The notes beneath the pieces were generated by a model. That model did not search any database and was not told the DNA's origin. It saw only the letters and a list, made by a program, of their open reading frames with translations. The position numbers and the translations under genes were made by a program. DNA of 64,000 bases from Torpedo marmorata (Eukaryota): the NCBI GenBank assembly GCA_977017645.1, contig OZ360229.1, positions 107,942,001 to 108,006,000 on the forward strand, given 5' to 3'. Shown one piece after another: positions 1-13,739 of the stretch (the stretch's first letter is position 1; the number at the start of each line of letters is the position of its first letter).

Positions 1-1339
1 CACCTTAGATATTTTAGATTTTTTTTTATTGCAGTTATTGACAAGTAGAAAAGGAAAAATGTTGAGTATTCTTCAATAAAAGAGCTCAAATCTAACCTTG
101 ATTAGAAAAGTTATTAGCATGTAGAAAAGTTATTAGCATGTAGAATGCCTTAAAACATCTCAATTATTTTGTCACTTCACCAGATAGTTTGCCATCGTAT
201 ATGGAAGAAGGTTTAATAAAACCCTATTTACTTAATAAATAAACTATAATGAGTTACACTCTTTGTCTTTCTGTCACCCGGAGACAATTTTGTTGGATTT
301 CTGTTTGTTTTCAAAATGTTCTCATGCAGAAATTTTCTTTATGGAAAATTATGTACAATACTAATTTAAAATATGCAGGCCCACAATCGCTAGGAAAATC
401 AAAAAAACAGATCCGGCAGCAGAGTGACACACAAAATGATTCCATTTTCTGATGCACAAAACAAAGGCTTTATTCTTAAAATATTTCATATGTATAAGGA
501 AGATGAGGTGGGGCTAATTTGGTGAGAACATTGTGGTGCCTTCAAGGGCTAATGCTTCATGAATTTTCAAGATACTTTTGTGTAAGGGCCCAAGCTAATT
601 TTCTCCATTTGTTCCAAAATTGCAATAAATTACTGAATAGTAGCTAGCATATCACAAACAGAAAGCAACCTTATGGTTTCCTATTTATACATCTATATTG
701 CTCTACAATAAATAAAGAGGATGGTGGTTGCCTTTAATGTTTTAATATTCCACTGAGTTTTGGAACCTGGATGCTTTGAATTTCAATCTAGTCCAGATAC
801 CTTAAGGATAAGCATCCTTGTTCTTGAGCAGAATTCATTTTGTTTCATGCATAACACTGAGGATGATTGGCAGACAAGCCAAACAAATTCATAATGTGTA
901 GCCAGTTAAAATAAATTACACAAACAACTAAGGAGTTCATCAGATCATCTCATTCAGAATCCATTATGTGCAGAGCTCCTAGACATAGACCAGACTAACA
1001 AGAGGAAGAGCTGGCAATATTCGTCAGAAGTGGAAGGAGGTCCAAAATTATCAATAGAATAGTAAAAAGAACATTTTTACTGCAAACTTGCAGGTCAACC
1101 AAATCAATCATTGAATGAATGACTGAAATGTTGATAAATATCAATATAGTTATTGAATTTATCCTGTCCTTTCTAAATGTTGTATTTGCCGTCTTTGTTT
1201 TGTCTGTCCTGTTGCCTTTCTCTCCCTCATGCACCTTTCAAGATTTCTGTACCAACTGATATGTTGTGCCACTATTAAATCGTCTTTCATTGCCCAAATA
1301 TCAGAATCTGCAGAAGGCAGTAAACATAACCAAGTCAAT

Positions 1340-1757
1340 CAAAAGCTCCTCAAGAAGGCAACCAACATCATTAAGGACCTCCACCTTCCTGATCACAACC
1401 TCTTCTCACTACTACCTTCAGGCAGAAGGTACAGAAGTCTGAAAACCAGCACCTCCAGGTTCGAGGGCAGTTTCTTTCCAACAGCTAGCGGACTCTTGAT
1501 CCTCCCTTTAATTCACTAATCATAGACTGCTCAGACATCACAAAAGCACTATTCCGTCACTTTTTTGCACTAGGATTACTGTGAATATTTACAGTATATC
1601 TCTCTAAGTATTTATTGTCTCTTTTAATTTAATTTGATTAGTTTACTATTTTCTACTTATTTATTATTTTCTTTAAAGTACCTGTTCGGCTGCATCAGGT
1701 AAGTATTTTGGCACATATGTACATTGTACAATGTGTATGACAATAAACTCGTCATCA
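1340..1757 (+). mobile_element. Rex1/Babar-type LINE 3' fragment
   Basis: KATNIIKDLHLPDHNLFSLLPSGRRYRSLKTSTSRFEGSFFP matches the LINE C-terminus at 55750-55870. Ends in tgacaataaa. Confidence 0.75.
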
Positions 1758-2769
1758 TAATATTTTCTCATTTTTGGCTGGTTCTGCAAATGGGTCACAA
1801 AATGATGACACTTTGAAACAGTTCTGATTAGGCACAAACTTGTTGTCTATACTTAAAAGTGATAATCCCCCACATAATACAAATCTGAAGCACCTATTTC
1901 TTTAATGGAACCTTTAGATGAATATCAAAGAGCTATTTACCCATATGTAATATTTTAATTAGATTGCATTCCCTATTTAACCCATCACGCACCCTTTGAT
2001 GCTCTGTGTGTATTTAGTGTTTAGCCTCAGATGCGAGAGATAATGAATGCCGGACCTTTTGATTTAATGAGAAATCTGCCTTTCCAGTTCGACTCTGTTT
2101 GCATCCCTTTATTCTCTTAGTATAGAATTCAGTTAATTGAAGGAGTCTCTTACCACCACACATTAAGGAGGCCAAATTAGCATCCCTTCTCTGATTAAAT
2201 AGCATAGGCAGACAGTGGGTCTTTGAAGTGAATCCTGAACTGAAGTAGCAGTGTTCTGAAAATGAGCTGATGGCCTTGTTATTAGGGGAAAATGCAGATG
2301 CGCCCCATGTGCTGCAAAATGCTTAATCTCTTAATTGATCACCTTCTGCACTATCTGTACACTATCTGCTTTCCTTTTAAATTGTCAGCATATCAAAGTC
2401 ACATTTTTAAAAATGAACCAGTTTAGCTTAAAAAATCCCCAATGCACTCCATTCCCTTGTTTTCCATATAACGTTATTTTTAAATAATTGGCTTCTCTCT
2501 GTAACTATTTTAAAATTTGAACCAGAATTACTTTATCATCATCAGTGATATATTAAAAGGTGCTACTGTATATGCTGTAAGTGCCTTACAGTGAAAATGG
2601 ATCTTTTGATGTTTTGCCGATAATAATGCAAATGCTTTTCCTGGATGAATATGTGCAATATGCACAAAAATCTGTGGAAGGAAATGACTAACGTGTATCT
2701 GTGGGAAACAAGGGCTCATTTTAAAAAAAATAAAGAAAACAAATGGACACCTTCAGGAAGGGTGAAGAA

Positions 2770-3432
2770 CCTTCCAAGTGAAACTACACTTCACGTGTAC
2801 ATCTCGAGGACTTATTTACTGCATCCGGTGCTCCCTTTGTGGCTTTCTATACATTGGAGAGACCGGTCGTAGATTGGGAGACCGCTTTGCTGAGCACCTC
2901 CTCTCCGTCCGCAACAACAGCGACCTCCCAGTAGCCAACCATTTCAATTCTGGGTCACACTCCCACACTCACATGTCTGTCCATGGCCTCATGTACTATC
3001 CCACCCAGACTACCCGCAAATTGGAGGAACAACATCTCATATTCCGTCTCGGCACTCTCCAGCCAGATGGCATTAACATTGACTTTACTGCTTTCCACTA
3101 AACCTGCTTGTTGTTCCCTTCACCTCCCCCCTCACCTGTCCTTCCTGTTTTTTTCCACCCACCCAGCCATCCCTCCTCCCCCTCCTTGCTGCTGTCCCCT
3201 CCCTCCTTTCTCCACCTATCATCTCCTGCCTTTGCCACCCCCCTTCCCCCCTCACTCCTTTGTTCGGACGCCTGCCGGCATTTTCTCATACTTTGATGAA
3301 GGGCTCAAGCCCGAAACGTCGGTTATGTATTTCTACCTTTGCTACATAAAATACACTGTTTGACCTGCTGAGTTCTCCAGCTTTTGTGTTTTTTACTTCT
3401 AACTACGGTGTCTACAGATTTTCGTGTTTACT
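2770..3432 (+). mobile_element. Penelope-like element, 5'-truncated (GIY-YIG endonuclease plus 3' pseudo-LTR)
   Basis: GLIYCIRCSLCGFLYIGETGRRLGDRFAEH...EEQHLIFRLGTLQPDGIN. Nearly identical to 48521-49183. Confidence 0.9.
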
Positions 3433-4429
3433 TCTTAATCTTTACATGGTCTTTCCAGGTGAGACTGAAATTACCAATGCTTATTCAGCCAACCTGTTGA
3501 TTTGAAGCCTATTAGAATCATTCCACAGGAAGTAAATTAATTTTAACCTTAGGTCCTTTTCAATGCACTAGTGTTACTCACAAAGTAGGCATGAGATAAA
3601 CATCAAAAAGAATCTGATATTATGATCCAATCATGAAACCATTGAAGAGGATTGGATATTAGAATATGAAGCTGAGTCCAGGCTTATTACTGAAGTTGCA
3701 AAAAAACAACAAAATACATTTAATGTTAAATAAGATTAAGATAATAAAAAGATATTTTGGAAATGTTAAAATGGAAATTATGGTATATTCAGAATGAACC
3801 AAGGAGATTTAAATATTTTCAATTCCTGTCTGAGAAATGTTAAGAATTGGCATGTCCATTATAATTCTCACGTCCCTTCAATTAATCTATTATGTTTATT
3901 TGATAATTACTGAGACATTCATTGAAGTATAGAGCAAACTCACAAATATAAATGCTCTTTTTTCTTCTTCTGGTATAATAAAATATTTGCTAGAGGTGGC
4001 TTTCATATTGATAAAGACTACAATAAAGCTGATATGATATCATAGAACTATGAAAGCACTCCAATAATCTGGCATACTTGGAACTTAAGGTGGTGTCTGA
4101 ATGGCAGATTTTCCATTCTATTGGGTGTTATTCCAATTAATATTCCAACATGTTTTCATTTACTTTTATTGGATGCTACATAGCATTTTAACAAAATTTC
4201 CAGTAAGATCCGAGTAAACTTAAAGGGCGTGAGGGAATTAAAGCCCCAATCATTTTCAAGACGTGCAGGAAACCCAGATGCCACACTTTCTGGGTTTTGA
4301 AATAGATAGCTGATTATTGAAGCTTCACTCTAACATAGATTTAGACTTTCTCTTTATCTTCTCTCTTCCTGAAATTGGAGCCTCAAAATTATTTCATCAG
4401 AGTAATTTTTCTTAACAAGTATTGGTTAA

Positions 4430-4930
4430 CTCTCGTTGAAGGTGAATGTGGCAAAGAAATTAGATGTGATATAATGGGAATAACATTACTTGGTTGCTGA
4501 CAGGTGGATACTGCAGAAGCTCACTCTGTGATACTCTCTAGAACAATTTTAGTACGAGGGCATGAGTATGGCACAATGTGGTGGAAGAATGAAATAATGA
4601 CCTGAAGGTCAGTGTTAGGACCATTTCATTTTTTCATTTCAATAGCTGACCTGCTCTTGGGCATAGAGGACATCGTCAATCAAAGTTGCATATGTCTCAA
4701 GGTTTAGAAATGTAGTGAACAGAGAGGAAGATGATAACTACAAGAGGAGAGAGATTAATTAATGAAATAAGCAAAATGACAAATAGAAATATGAAGTGAT
4801 TCATTTTCATAGAGGGATTAAGGAAGGACAATATAAAATAAATTGTATAGTTTTAACAAGAATTAAAGCATTTGAAGGTGGCTGAACATGCTGAGGAAAC
4901 TATTAAAACATGACCCTTAGCTTTATGACA
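4430..4930 (+). mobile_element. Highly decayed CR1-like LINE fragment
   Basis: Patchy similarity to the RT region of the CR1 at 36100-36600 (gtcagtgttaggacc, gaagtgattcatttt). Confidence 0.4.
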
Positions 4931-7379
4931 TCATTCTGTATTACGTGAAATACTTAATCAATTATTTTGGAATGACATGTTTACAACTTGAATAGTCAAC
5001 TCTTGGATAATTTTCAATGCCTTTCCCTTATAGAACTTTTAAGTTAGTTATGTTCCCATGTTTTTTTTAAAAATGCCAGTAAAATGGCAATTAATATTTA
5101 TTCTACTTTAATCCAAATAAAAAGGTTTATTCAATACTCTTGGCTATATTAATTTTGAAAGTTGTTGCTATCATCAGTTTGATTGTAAAACTCTAGAAAA
5201 TACAATATGAGTCATCAGTTACAATTTCAGCTGTAACTTATTAGTGGATAGCTAATTAACAGCTGTTTTAAATAACAATAATCATGGTGTAAACATTACT
5301 AATATTTCATAATATTAATTATATATGCACATATAACTTACTTGTATGTTCAATATGTAGGAATAGACACACAACATTGGAATTTAAAGCTACATTTTCT
5401 TTATTTCTTTGTTCTGTTGAAAGGTCTTTGACCTGATACATTAACTCTTTTTCACTGTGCACAAAGCACTCTAACCTGCTGAGTGTTTAAATCATTTTCT
5501 GTGGCTCTTCCAGATTTACTGAATCTGCAATGTTTTGATTTTCACACTAAACCAGAGTCTCCATTTGCCTTAGCTCACTCACAGCACGGAAGAGATAAAT
5601 TATCATTAGTCAACAAATTAGAAAGCAAATAAATTACAAAGATCATTGAATTACTGGTAATTGATTGAACAAAATTGCAGTCAATAGCAATTTGCAGTCT
5701 TGTTTTAGCAACAATATAACAAAAAATGTAATATATTTCAATGACAGCAAAGGAAATGTGTGCTTCTGGTTAAAGAAGTGAATCCAAATGAAATTTTGAA
5801 ACTTTGCTATAATTAAAGGAAAACAAATTGCAATCAGCATCAATAAAAAAATAATGGAATCTCCTTCTTCACATCCCCTATTGAGTAAAACATTTGCATT
5901 GCAAAGAAATCTATGTACTAATAAAGAAATGTTTGGAAATGAAATTAGATTTTTTATCATTTTATTCATATGTCAGGACAGTTGAACAAATTATCTCAAC
6001 CTTGTGATTAAGGAATCGAAGCTCTACACTTTGCTCACAAGGTAACACCTATGCTAATAACATCCATGATTATGTGGCAAAGACACACTATCAAGTGAGG
6101 AGTATTTAAATGTGATTGTACAAAATCTGCTGTTTTGAATTGAGGTAGCTTTGTAAGAGAAACCATGTAGTTTTCATCACTAAACCATATTGATTGATGT
6201 GATGTTTCTCAATTTTAATGATAGCTACAAATTAAACATCACAGAAAATTGTTTTTATTGCATATGTAACAGCTTTTTGACTTTATTCCTTCAAGCACTA
6301 AGTATACTTGGCAATTCAAATGTAATAATTTTTACTTTTTAGTTTAATTAACATCTTTACTTTTTAATTACTCTCTCTCTCAATCCAACCATGTGCTCTT
6401 CCTGGTATTCTCTCATCTGATGAAATGTTCACATTTACAGAAGTTGTAGAAAGACCAAGCTGTGATTTGAAGATAAGGACTTGGTTTGAACATGGTCTGT
6501 TAAAAATACAGGGTGTTAACGAGAGAGAAAAAGTGACTGTTAAATTTCAGGATAAATCAGAATGTAAATGTAAATTTAGTTCCCAGGTACAGGATCTTTA
6601 ATGGGCAAGGTATTACAGTTGAATGAATGTACACTGGAGAATGGTAGTATGGGGAGTATGAAGAGATTATTTTTCTCTCAATAGAAGCAAATTCCAACGT
6701 GTAATATTTTCCCATTATCATTTTAGCAATTCGACACAAAATTCAGGTTTTCAGGATCCTAGAATCCAGATACAAAATTAGATAATGCAATACCCTTTTA
6801 GAGGTTAAAGAGTAAAATTGTCATCCCATACTGAAAATACCTTTGCTGTATTTGAAAATATATCACTAAAAGCCATAAATCATATAAATGACCATATTCT
6901 CAAGTCTTTTTGCTTTTTGATAATTATAGTAATAGCAATTTATTGAAGATTTCAATTACTATCCTTTTTATCCTTTGAATTCACACAGACAATTTACAGT
7001 TATTTTCTTGCCTTGTATATGGTTGCGATAATAATGGTCAAGAACTGATCTTTAATTGTGAAAAGCTTTTTAGGACTCAATGGTCATCTTTATGTTTCTC
7101 CAGCATGGGCAGCTCCTCGTCTGTCTGTGTTGTAGGATGACAGAAAGCCATCAATTTTCCATTAGGTGTTAATGCTAAAAATCTTCACCTCATGAATGGT
7201 TCAAGTTTTAAGTAAATCCATTAATAAAAAAAGTGAGCTCCAAAGAAATCTTAAACAATTCATTTGTTTTTTTTTTCATTCCGGGTTAATTCAGATACTT
7301 TAATACTGAGGGTTTAATCAGTTTTATATAACAGTAATGTAACATGATGGCCGTAATATTAAAAGGAGACTGATTATCA

Positions 7380-7670
7380 GAAATGGGAACAGTTGGTGAT
7401 TCATCCCCTTGAGCTTGTCATGTTATTCCACAAGATATACATACTCTTCTACTCTGTTTTGTACTCAATTGTGTATTTCTCCATTTCCCTAGATTTCAGA
7501 ATTCAATACATTCAACAGCTGAGCATCAAGGCCCCACCGAGCAAAGAACATTCCAAAGGTTAATAATTCCTCTTGACCTCAGTCCTAAATGTCCAACCCA
7601 TTACCCTGAGATTATAGGCCCTGATTCTAGATCTTCCAACCAAAGAAAACAGCCTTTCGGTACTCATAGC
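7380..7670 (-). mobile_element. Old CR1-like LINE 3' fragment
   Basis: Minus-strand translation LFSLVGRSRIRAYNLRVMGWTFRTEVKRNY resembles the CR1 ORF2 C-terminus. Confidence 0.6.
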
Positions 7671-8646
7671 TCTGTACCTAAGAGAAGTATATTTTTCCTC
7701 AGATATAAAAAGTGCTGGGCACATGCGTGATCTCTCTAAGCCCCTGTACAACAAGAAAAAGACTTCCCGAATCTTGTGCTTCAGTTCCCTTGCCAACATA
7801 AATTGCTGGAACCACATACTAACCTATTCTTATAAGGAATTTCTTCAAGACTAAGAGGAAGAGACAACTAACTAAAGAGGTTACCTGCCAGCTGTCTGAG
7901 ACATAATAATGTGGAAAGGGGAGAAGTTCCACAAAATGTAATGGTATGATAACATTTGCCTTATCACTTGTGTTATTGCTTAGGAACCAGTCAGACTGAG
8001 AAGCTCTCTGGCACTGATTGAAAAAAAATTTTGCACAAGGTGGGGCTCAATTACATGGGAGAGAGAGGTCATAGGACTGGGGGGAGCAATTGCAGGGAAA
8101 GGGTTGGAAGTTGTGACATGAGGTTTGGCTGATTGTGTAATGGGAGGCTGAGAAATTGGTGAGAGGAAGCACTTCTGTAATCCCTAGTGTATAAACAGCT
8201 CTCACCTTCCCAGCCCTGTGAAACCCAGTGTATGGCATTAAATCAAAAGGTTACCAACGTCTGAGGCACAGTCTCATCCAAATATTACAATTACTGACCT
8301 CCCTCTCATTACATTTTATTTACTTGACTCCCAACCTGACAGAGTTAAACCAGAAGTTAGTGTGTTAAAATCATGTTTCATCTCTTTAGCAGTTTAAATG
8401 TCTCTATGTCCCTCTTGTAGATATCTGGGGATTTAAACACTTCCGGATGGAACTGAAACTACCTGTAAGTGGATAGATTTGACTTTGGTTCATGGACTAT
8501 AAATAAAACTGCAATTAGATACTACCTGACAATATCCACTTCTACAGTTCAAAATGGCTTCAGTATTTCTGGGTAATTGATGATCATTTTAGGTGCCATT
8601 GACAGAATTCATCAATGGGACAGGATGTTAGTCCTAATTCCATATG

Positions 8647-8760
8647 CAGTAAAATCCCTGTTATCCAGAATTCAAGCAACCGGCAGCTCAAGCAACCGGC
8701 AAATTCACTTTGGCGGCATTTACCAATCCCCATAGGAGCCGGATACCAGGGGTTTTACTG
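8647..8760. mobile_element. Tc1/mariner-pogo (Tigger-like) MITE, 114 bp
   Basis: Terminal inverted repeats CAGTAAAATCCCTG ... CAGGGGTTTTACTG followed by TA. Same family as 54505-56106. Confidence 0.75.
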
Positions 8761-9976
8761 TATTTACCTTGCATAAAACTTTGTTCTATAGTAGAACTCG
8801 CATTTTTCCTTTCAGCAAAAACCTCTGTGTTAGTGGACCTGCAGTAGTTTCCAATCAAGTATTACCCCAGTGGTACACTCCACTTTCTTTTCCCAAGTAC
8901 CCCTTAACTTCTCCTCTCAGCCTTTGCAATTCTCTGAAGCCCTTGCACTGCTCTGATTTTGGTCCTTTTCACTGCTCCACCATTGCGGACTGTGCCTGTA
9001 ACTTCCATTTAAACTCACATGCTGACCTGCGCCGTACTCGAGGATGTAACAGACTTGGACTTTATTCCCCCAATTAATTGTTCAACTATATTCTACCAAT
9101 TATGTCAGAACTACAGAGCTTTGATCTGTTCCATTGACTATGGAATCAAATAGCTCTCTCTACCACTTGCTGCCTCTTCTGTTCAGCACGTATGTCATCC
9201 CGTGTTGTAAGTTCAACAGATTGGAGCTTCTTTTACAAGCACACCTTATGCCACCGTTGCCATTTTCTGCCACTCTCCTCATTGAAGTAAGTTTTGTTGG
9301 CTTTTATAGGTTGATGCACAATTTTAATGAGGCCATGTGTAGGCCACATTAAAAGAATGTGATGGAATACAATTCTGGTGAAAGTTACCCCTTTTTGAGT
9401 AGCTAGGTTTGGTTAGCACAATTATACTGTTGATCGGTTTCTTAACTTCAATTACCCTGAACTTCACAAGTATTTATACCCTAAACAAAAATGGATCGAC
9501 CTTCATCTTGAAAGTGTCAAATGTCCCAACAACTGAAGCTTCTTTTGGGAGAAAATTTCAGATTTGGATGATGTTTTTTTGCATTTGAAAATGATTCCTG
9601 ATTTTTCACCTGGTGCTGAAATAAAATTTCTTGTCAACACCACCAGAATATTTAGTTACTCCACCATATCAAGTCATTATTAAGTTTGAAATTATGAGCA
9701 AAGTGTGCCTGTATGTGTGAGAATAGCAGAGACTACTTGTCATGCGCTTGGTTCATGTGACCTTTGGTGATTCTGAATGATTCAGTCTGGCTGCTTGACA
9801 TCAATAAATGATTTATATTTCATTCATGGGCATAGACTTGCTGTTGTAGAGGCAGGTATTTACAAAACTAAGTAACGTGACAGAATTTCTCTACTAAATA
9901 ATAAAAATAGCAGCAATATAGATTAAACTAATTAGATATTTGTTGTTAATTGCTTCCTGTAACATATGCTATTATC

Positions 9977-10180
9977 CAGGCCTTTCTCAACCTTTTTTTG
10001 GCTATGGCCCCCTTAGGATTCTGCTCAAAGTTTATGGGCCCCCTTCGCTGTGAAGCAGTCAAGTTTAGTTGGTTTCTTCCGTACTTCTTTCCTACCGATT
10101 ACATAAAAAACATTTAAAATATTTTATGATTTCTGCCTGTGGCCCCAGGGAGGCTGTACGGCCCCCGTTGAAAATGGCCG
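9977..10180. mobile_element. hAT-like MITE
   Basis: Terminal inverted repeats CAGGCCTTTCTCAAC ... GTTGAAAATGGCCG. The internal sequence ctgctcaaagtttatgggcccccttc is shared with 49577-49792. Confidence 0.7.
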
Positions 10181-11930
10181 ATATTCTAGGCAATGTAAGT
10201 CTAAGCATTGCGTGCTGTTGAGTAAGTGAATTGTTTCTTTGTATTTTCACTGAACATTGTATCACAATGTTTTAAATGTATTGAAGATGAGTAGAAGTAT
10301 TTCACATTGCAGCACAGAGTTTCAACCTGCCAAACCAATTTAGTGGTGCTCTGAATGAGTCATTATCATGTTGTCAACATGCAGTGATATATTTTAATTT
10401 GAAACTATAATAGGACTGGAACTAAAGTAAACTGAGCATGACTTTAGAATGTTAAAGAATAATGCATTTGCAGTCACTTTTTCATGCTTGCCTACTTTAA
10501 CAAAATACTTTCACTATATAAACCTAATAAAATGATGGACAATTTTTCTTGAGATTTAAAATTGAATTGTTTAAATAGATAAAGTTGAACACAAACCATT
10601 TGGAAACCAGTGTAACATGGTTTGTATACATTGATGAATTATTATGATCATTATAACCACTGTTAAAAGAATAAAATTGCATCTTTCCTGACCCTGGGCT
10701 GTCCCAAATTGCTTCATGTTCAACAAAGTGCAATTTGATATGATTTCATGTTCTATGGATATCAACCAGCTGATTCTGGTGATTTGAAAAGCTAATTCTG
10801 AGACCAGTACCATATTCTGACCTTTCAATGACTGTCTATTTGTGAGTCACAATTTGAATTTTGTGATTAGAATGAATTTACTGATATTACTAGTGTATTG
10901 ACTGCAGGGAGATGTTACGCAGATAAAGAGATAATAAATGTTGATTATGTTGAAGCAGATTGTAAGCAACACACAAATGCTAAAAACCAGTCTTGTGTTC
11001 TTTAGCTTATTGGTAAATAACACACACAATATAAGTATCTGTACAGTGCAGGACAACACATTGTATATGTTATATACAGTATGTTTCATATTATATATTA
11101 TACATAGGATAACACATACAGTATATTCAAATAGCATATACTATATAATTAAGATTACATTTACTGTATATTATATACAGTATAAAATACCATATGCAGT
11201 ATATGCTATAAAGAGAATAACACGATCTATATTTTCTCCTTGTTTGAAATTCTAGTCAGTGAAATATTCAAACTTTCTACTAAAACAACTGTTGCAATAA
11301 ACACTGAATAAGTTACAGGATAATATAAATTATTTTCTATCATTAATAAGAAAGGATGGTGTGGAATGTGAATTTAATAAGTGTTCGCTATATACACAAA
11401 GCAGACGCCGTTGTTCCTTCTAAAGGCGTTAGCTTAAAACAGTATACGGTGTTTAAAGTTATGGTTTTGTTAAATAGAAAGAAAATCTGTTGATCATTTA
11501 TAACCGATTTAATTCAGGCGTACGGTTTATAAAGTTCATCTTTTAAAGCTTAATTGTAAGAGTTTAAATACCCTTTTCTTGTAAATTATATTTATGAACA
11601 TTTATATAACAAAAGTGTTGACGAGATGCATTCTACAAGTACTACTGAAAAGTCAACATTAATAACAGTTGTCATAGTATAGATAGCATTAGGCATTATT
11701 TCAGTCGAATATATATGTGACATAAATATTAGATTTTCGTTAGTAATTATGTACAGGAAAGCTCGGCCGATATGGATGAGAAGGTACGATGCGGGGATAG
11801 GCGCGTCAGGTCGGTGGGATTGTTGCAACCTTCTGACCAGCGCCCGACAAATCCAACAGTCTCTAAGTATTCCCCGTGTGAAAAGTCTCTCTTTCTGATG
11901 TATTTCGTGATCTTGTGTATTAATCTTATT

Positions 11931-12188
11931 TTACGCTATATGTTCAGCAGAGCAAATATCATCGTCTTCAATAATATCCACATCATCTTCTTGCTCCTGC
12001 AACAAGAAAGTGTTCTGGCTGCTCAAAGACTTGATCTCTATGGAATTGTTCGGGTTTATTTCCGGCTCGTTGACGCTGGAATCAAGACGCTGGTCGTCGG
12101 TGGGTGAGTTTTTCTGACCTTGGTCGTCCCGAGACTTTCTTAACTGCTTTTTATGTTTCATTCTTCGATTCTGGAACCACGTTTTAAC
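11931..12188 (-). CDS. BSX: BSX coding exon 3 (258 bp incl. stop), homeodomain helix 3 and acidic tail
   Basis: Acceptor tttaag|GTT. Translates VKTWFQNRRMKHKKQLRKSRDD...EQEDDVDIIEDDDICSAEHIA*. Total CDS is 711 bp (236 aa). Confidence 0.96.
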   Translation of the reverse strand, partial: VKTWFQNRRMKHKKQLRKSRDDQGQKNSPTDDQRLDSSVNEPEINPNNSIEIKSLSSQNTFLLQEQEDDVDIIEDDDICSAEHIA

Positions 12189-13136
12189 CTTAAAAAAAAC
12201 AACCAGAAGCAGAAAGAATTTGATAGGAAGAGGCCAACAACATTGATCCATTGAGTTTAGAGATAACGCACGATATTGTTATGGATGGACGATATTTCCA
12301 GCGGGCGAGGGATGGAATTAGCCGTCGTTGACCATAGATATTTTTTTAATGGTTCTTCAAATTAAAGGATTACTTCCCAACTAGAATTTAACGAAATCAA
12401 ACCCAATATGTTTTCACAAGTTTGATAAGATATATTCGAAATGATTTATTTCTGCAGAAAACATAAGTATGATTCTTTAAAATTGAAATTAATATTTAAT
12501 TGCAACAGATTAAAGGCTATTTCCCGTAATACCTGTATTACATTTCTGTTTTATTACATGATAATAAATAGTATCTAATCTAATCTAATCTAAGCACATT
12601 GGACGCATAGGGTCCGAAAACTTTGTCCAAATAATATGATGGGTTAAACAAACGACCAGAAGGTATTTCACTGTCCTGTTATTTACACTTTGGATGTGAG
12701 AACGTGCGATCACCATAAATCACAATTCTCACCATTACGGTAGAGATGGAAGATTGGACAATTCCAAATTTCAAAGGGGACCCTTCTATATCTACAGGTG
12801 ACTTGTTATTGAGTGAGCCGATATCGTCAACGCGTGTACAAAATATATTGATCAAGGGTAATCTATTATTTCACTCTCACTGTATGTTTTTCACTTGTTA
12901 AATACTACGTTGTCGCTATTATAATACATGCTCACTACTAAATCTGTTGATTCTATTCCAAAGAATTTTATTCAAAGAAATAACCCCGCGTACTCGTTCA
13001 GGGCATTTAGACGATGAATTAAACATGCCATAAATTTTCAATGATGGGAACCCCGTGTGGTCATTTTCTGGTGTCTTTGTGGGAGGAGTGGTTTTAATGC
13101 TAGTATTGCTACAACAGACTGGAGAAAAGTGGAGAT

Positions 13137-13320
13137 AGGTAAAGGTAATACTACATTTAGAATGTAACATACATGAAATTCTTTAATTTTTGTCTACCGT
13201 AAGGTCGCTACTTTGTCCAGCACCCCTCACAGAAACCTACAGCACCTGGTGTTCCTTGGCGGTCTCCCCTCCATGTACTGACCAGTCCTGTGCCTGCTTA
13301 GCTTCTGAGATCAGACAATC
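13137..13320 (-). mobile_element. 5S rRNA-derived SINE (SINE3-type) in BSX intron 2
   Basis: The reverse complement gtctgatctcagaagctaagcagg...gtacatggaggggagaccgccaaggaacaccaggtgctgtagg aligns to the 3' part of 5S rRNA. It is followed by a non-5S body and an ACCTTT tail. Second copy at 19149. Confidence 0.85.
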
Positions 13321-13739
13321 CCAGTCGTAAACAACGTAATGAGTGTAAGCAGAAATTGTGAATTGCTCCAATTAGACCATTCGAAGCTGTGCAGCTCTTC
13401 GTTGAACTTCATGCCACTCGGCCGTCCACTTAACAGGGGTGACCGGCTCCGTCCACCGGGAGGGCCGGCTCTCACAATCACTGTCACAGTCAAAGTTATG
13501 AGAGTGAACCAATAACAAGCTCCCCACTTCGTGTAAACGTCACATATTCTCTGAGAATATTAATTAGAAATTTTGCTCATAAATTATATCAGTTTTGTTT
13601 TAACCTCAATGTTTTAACCTCCGTTTCTGTTTACATGGTTGCTTTGGTCTTGTGCAATGAGATCATTCGGGAAACAGACTAAATGCAATTCAGAGGACTT
13701 GGGTTTTATTCCCATTTGCAATCGCCCTCCCAGCTGTAC

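Noticed and set aside
1-11000. Exons of a neighbouring gene such as JHY, expected from human synteny
   Set aside because: I could not recognise any spliceable exon with supporting protein similarity. The short ORFs look random or repeat-derived.
10847-11255. Overlapping 96-105 aa ORFs
   Set aside because: They lie in low-complexity TA-rich sequence and give Y/I/T-biased translations with no domain.
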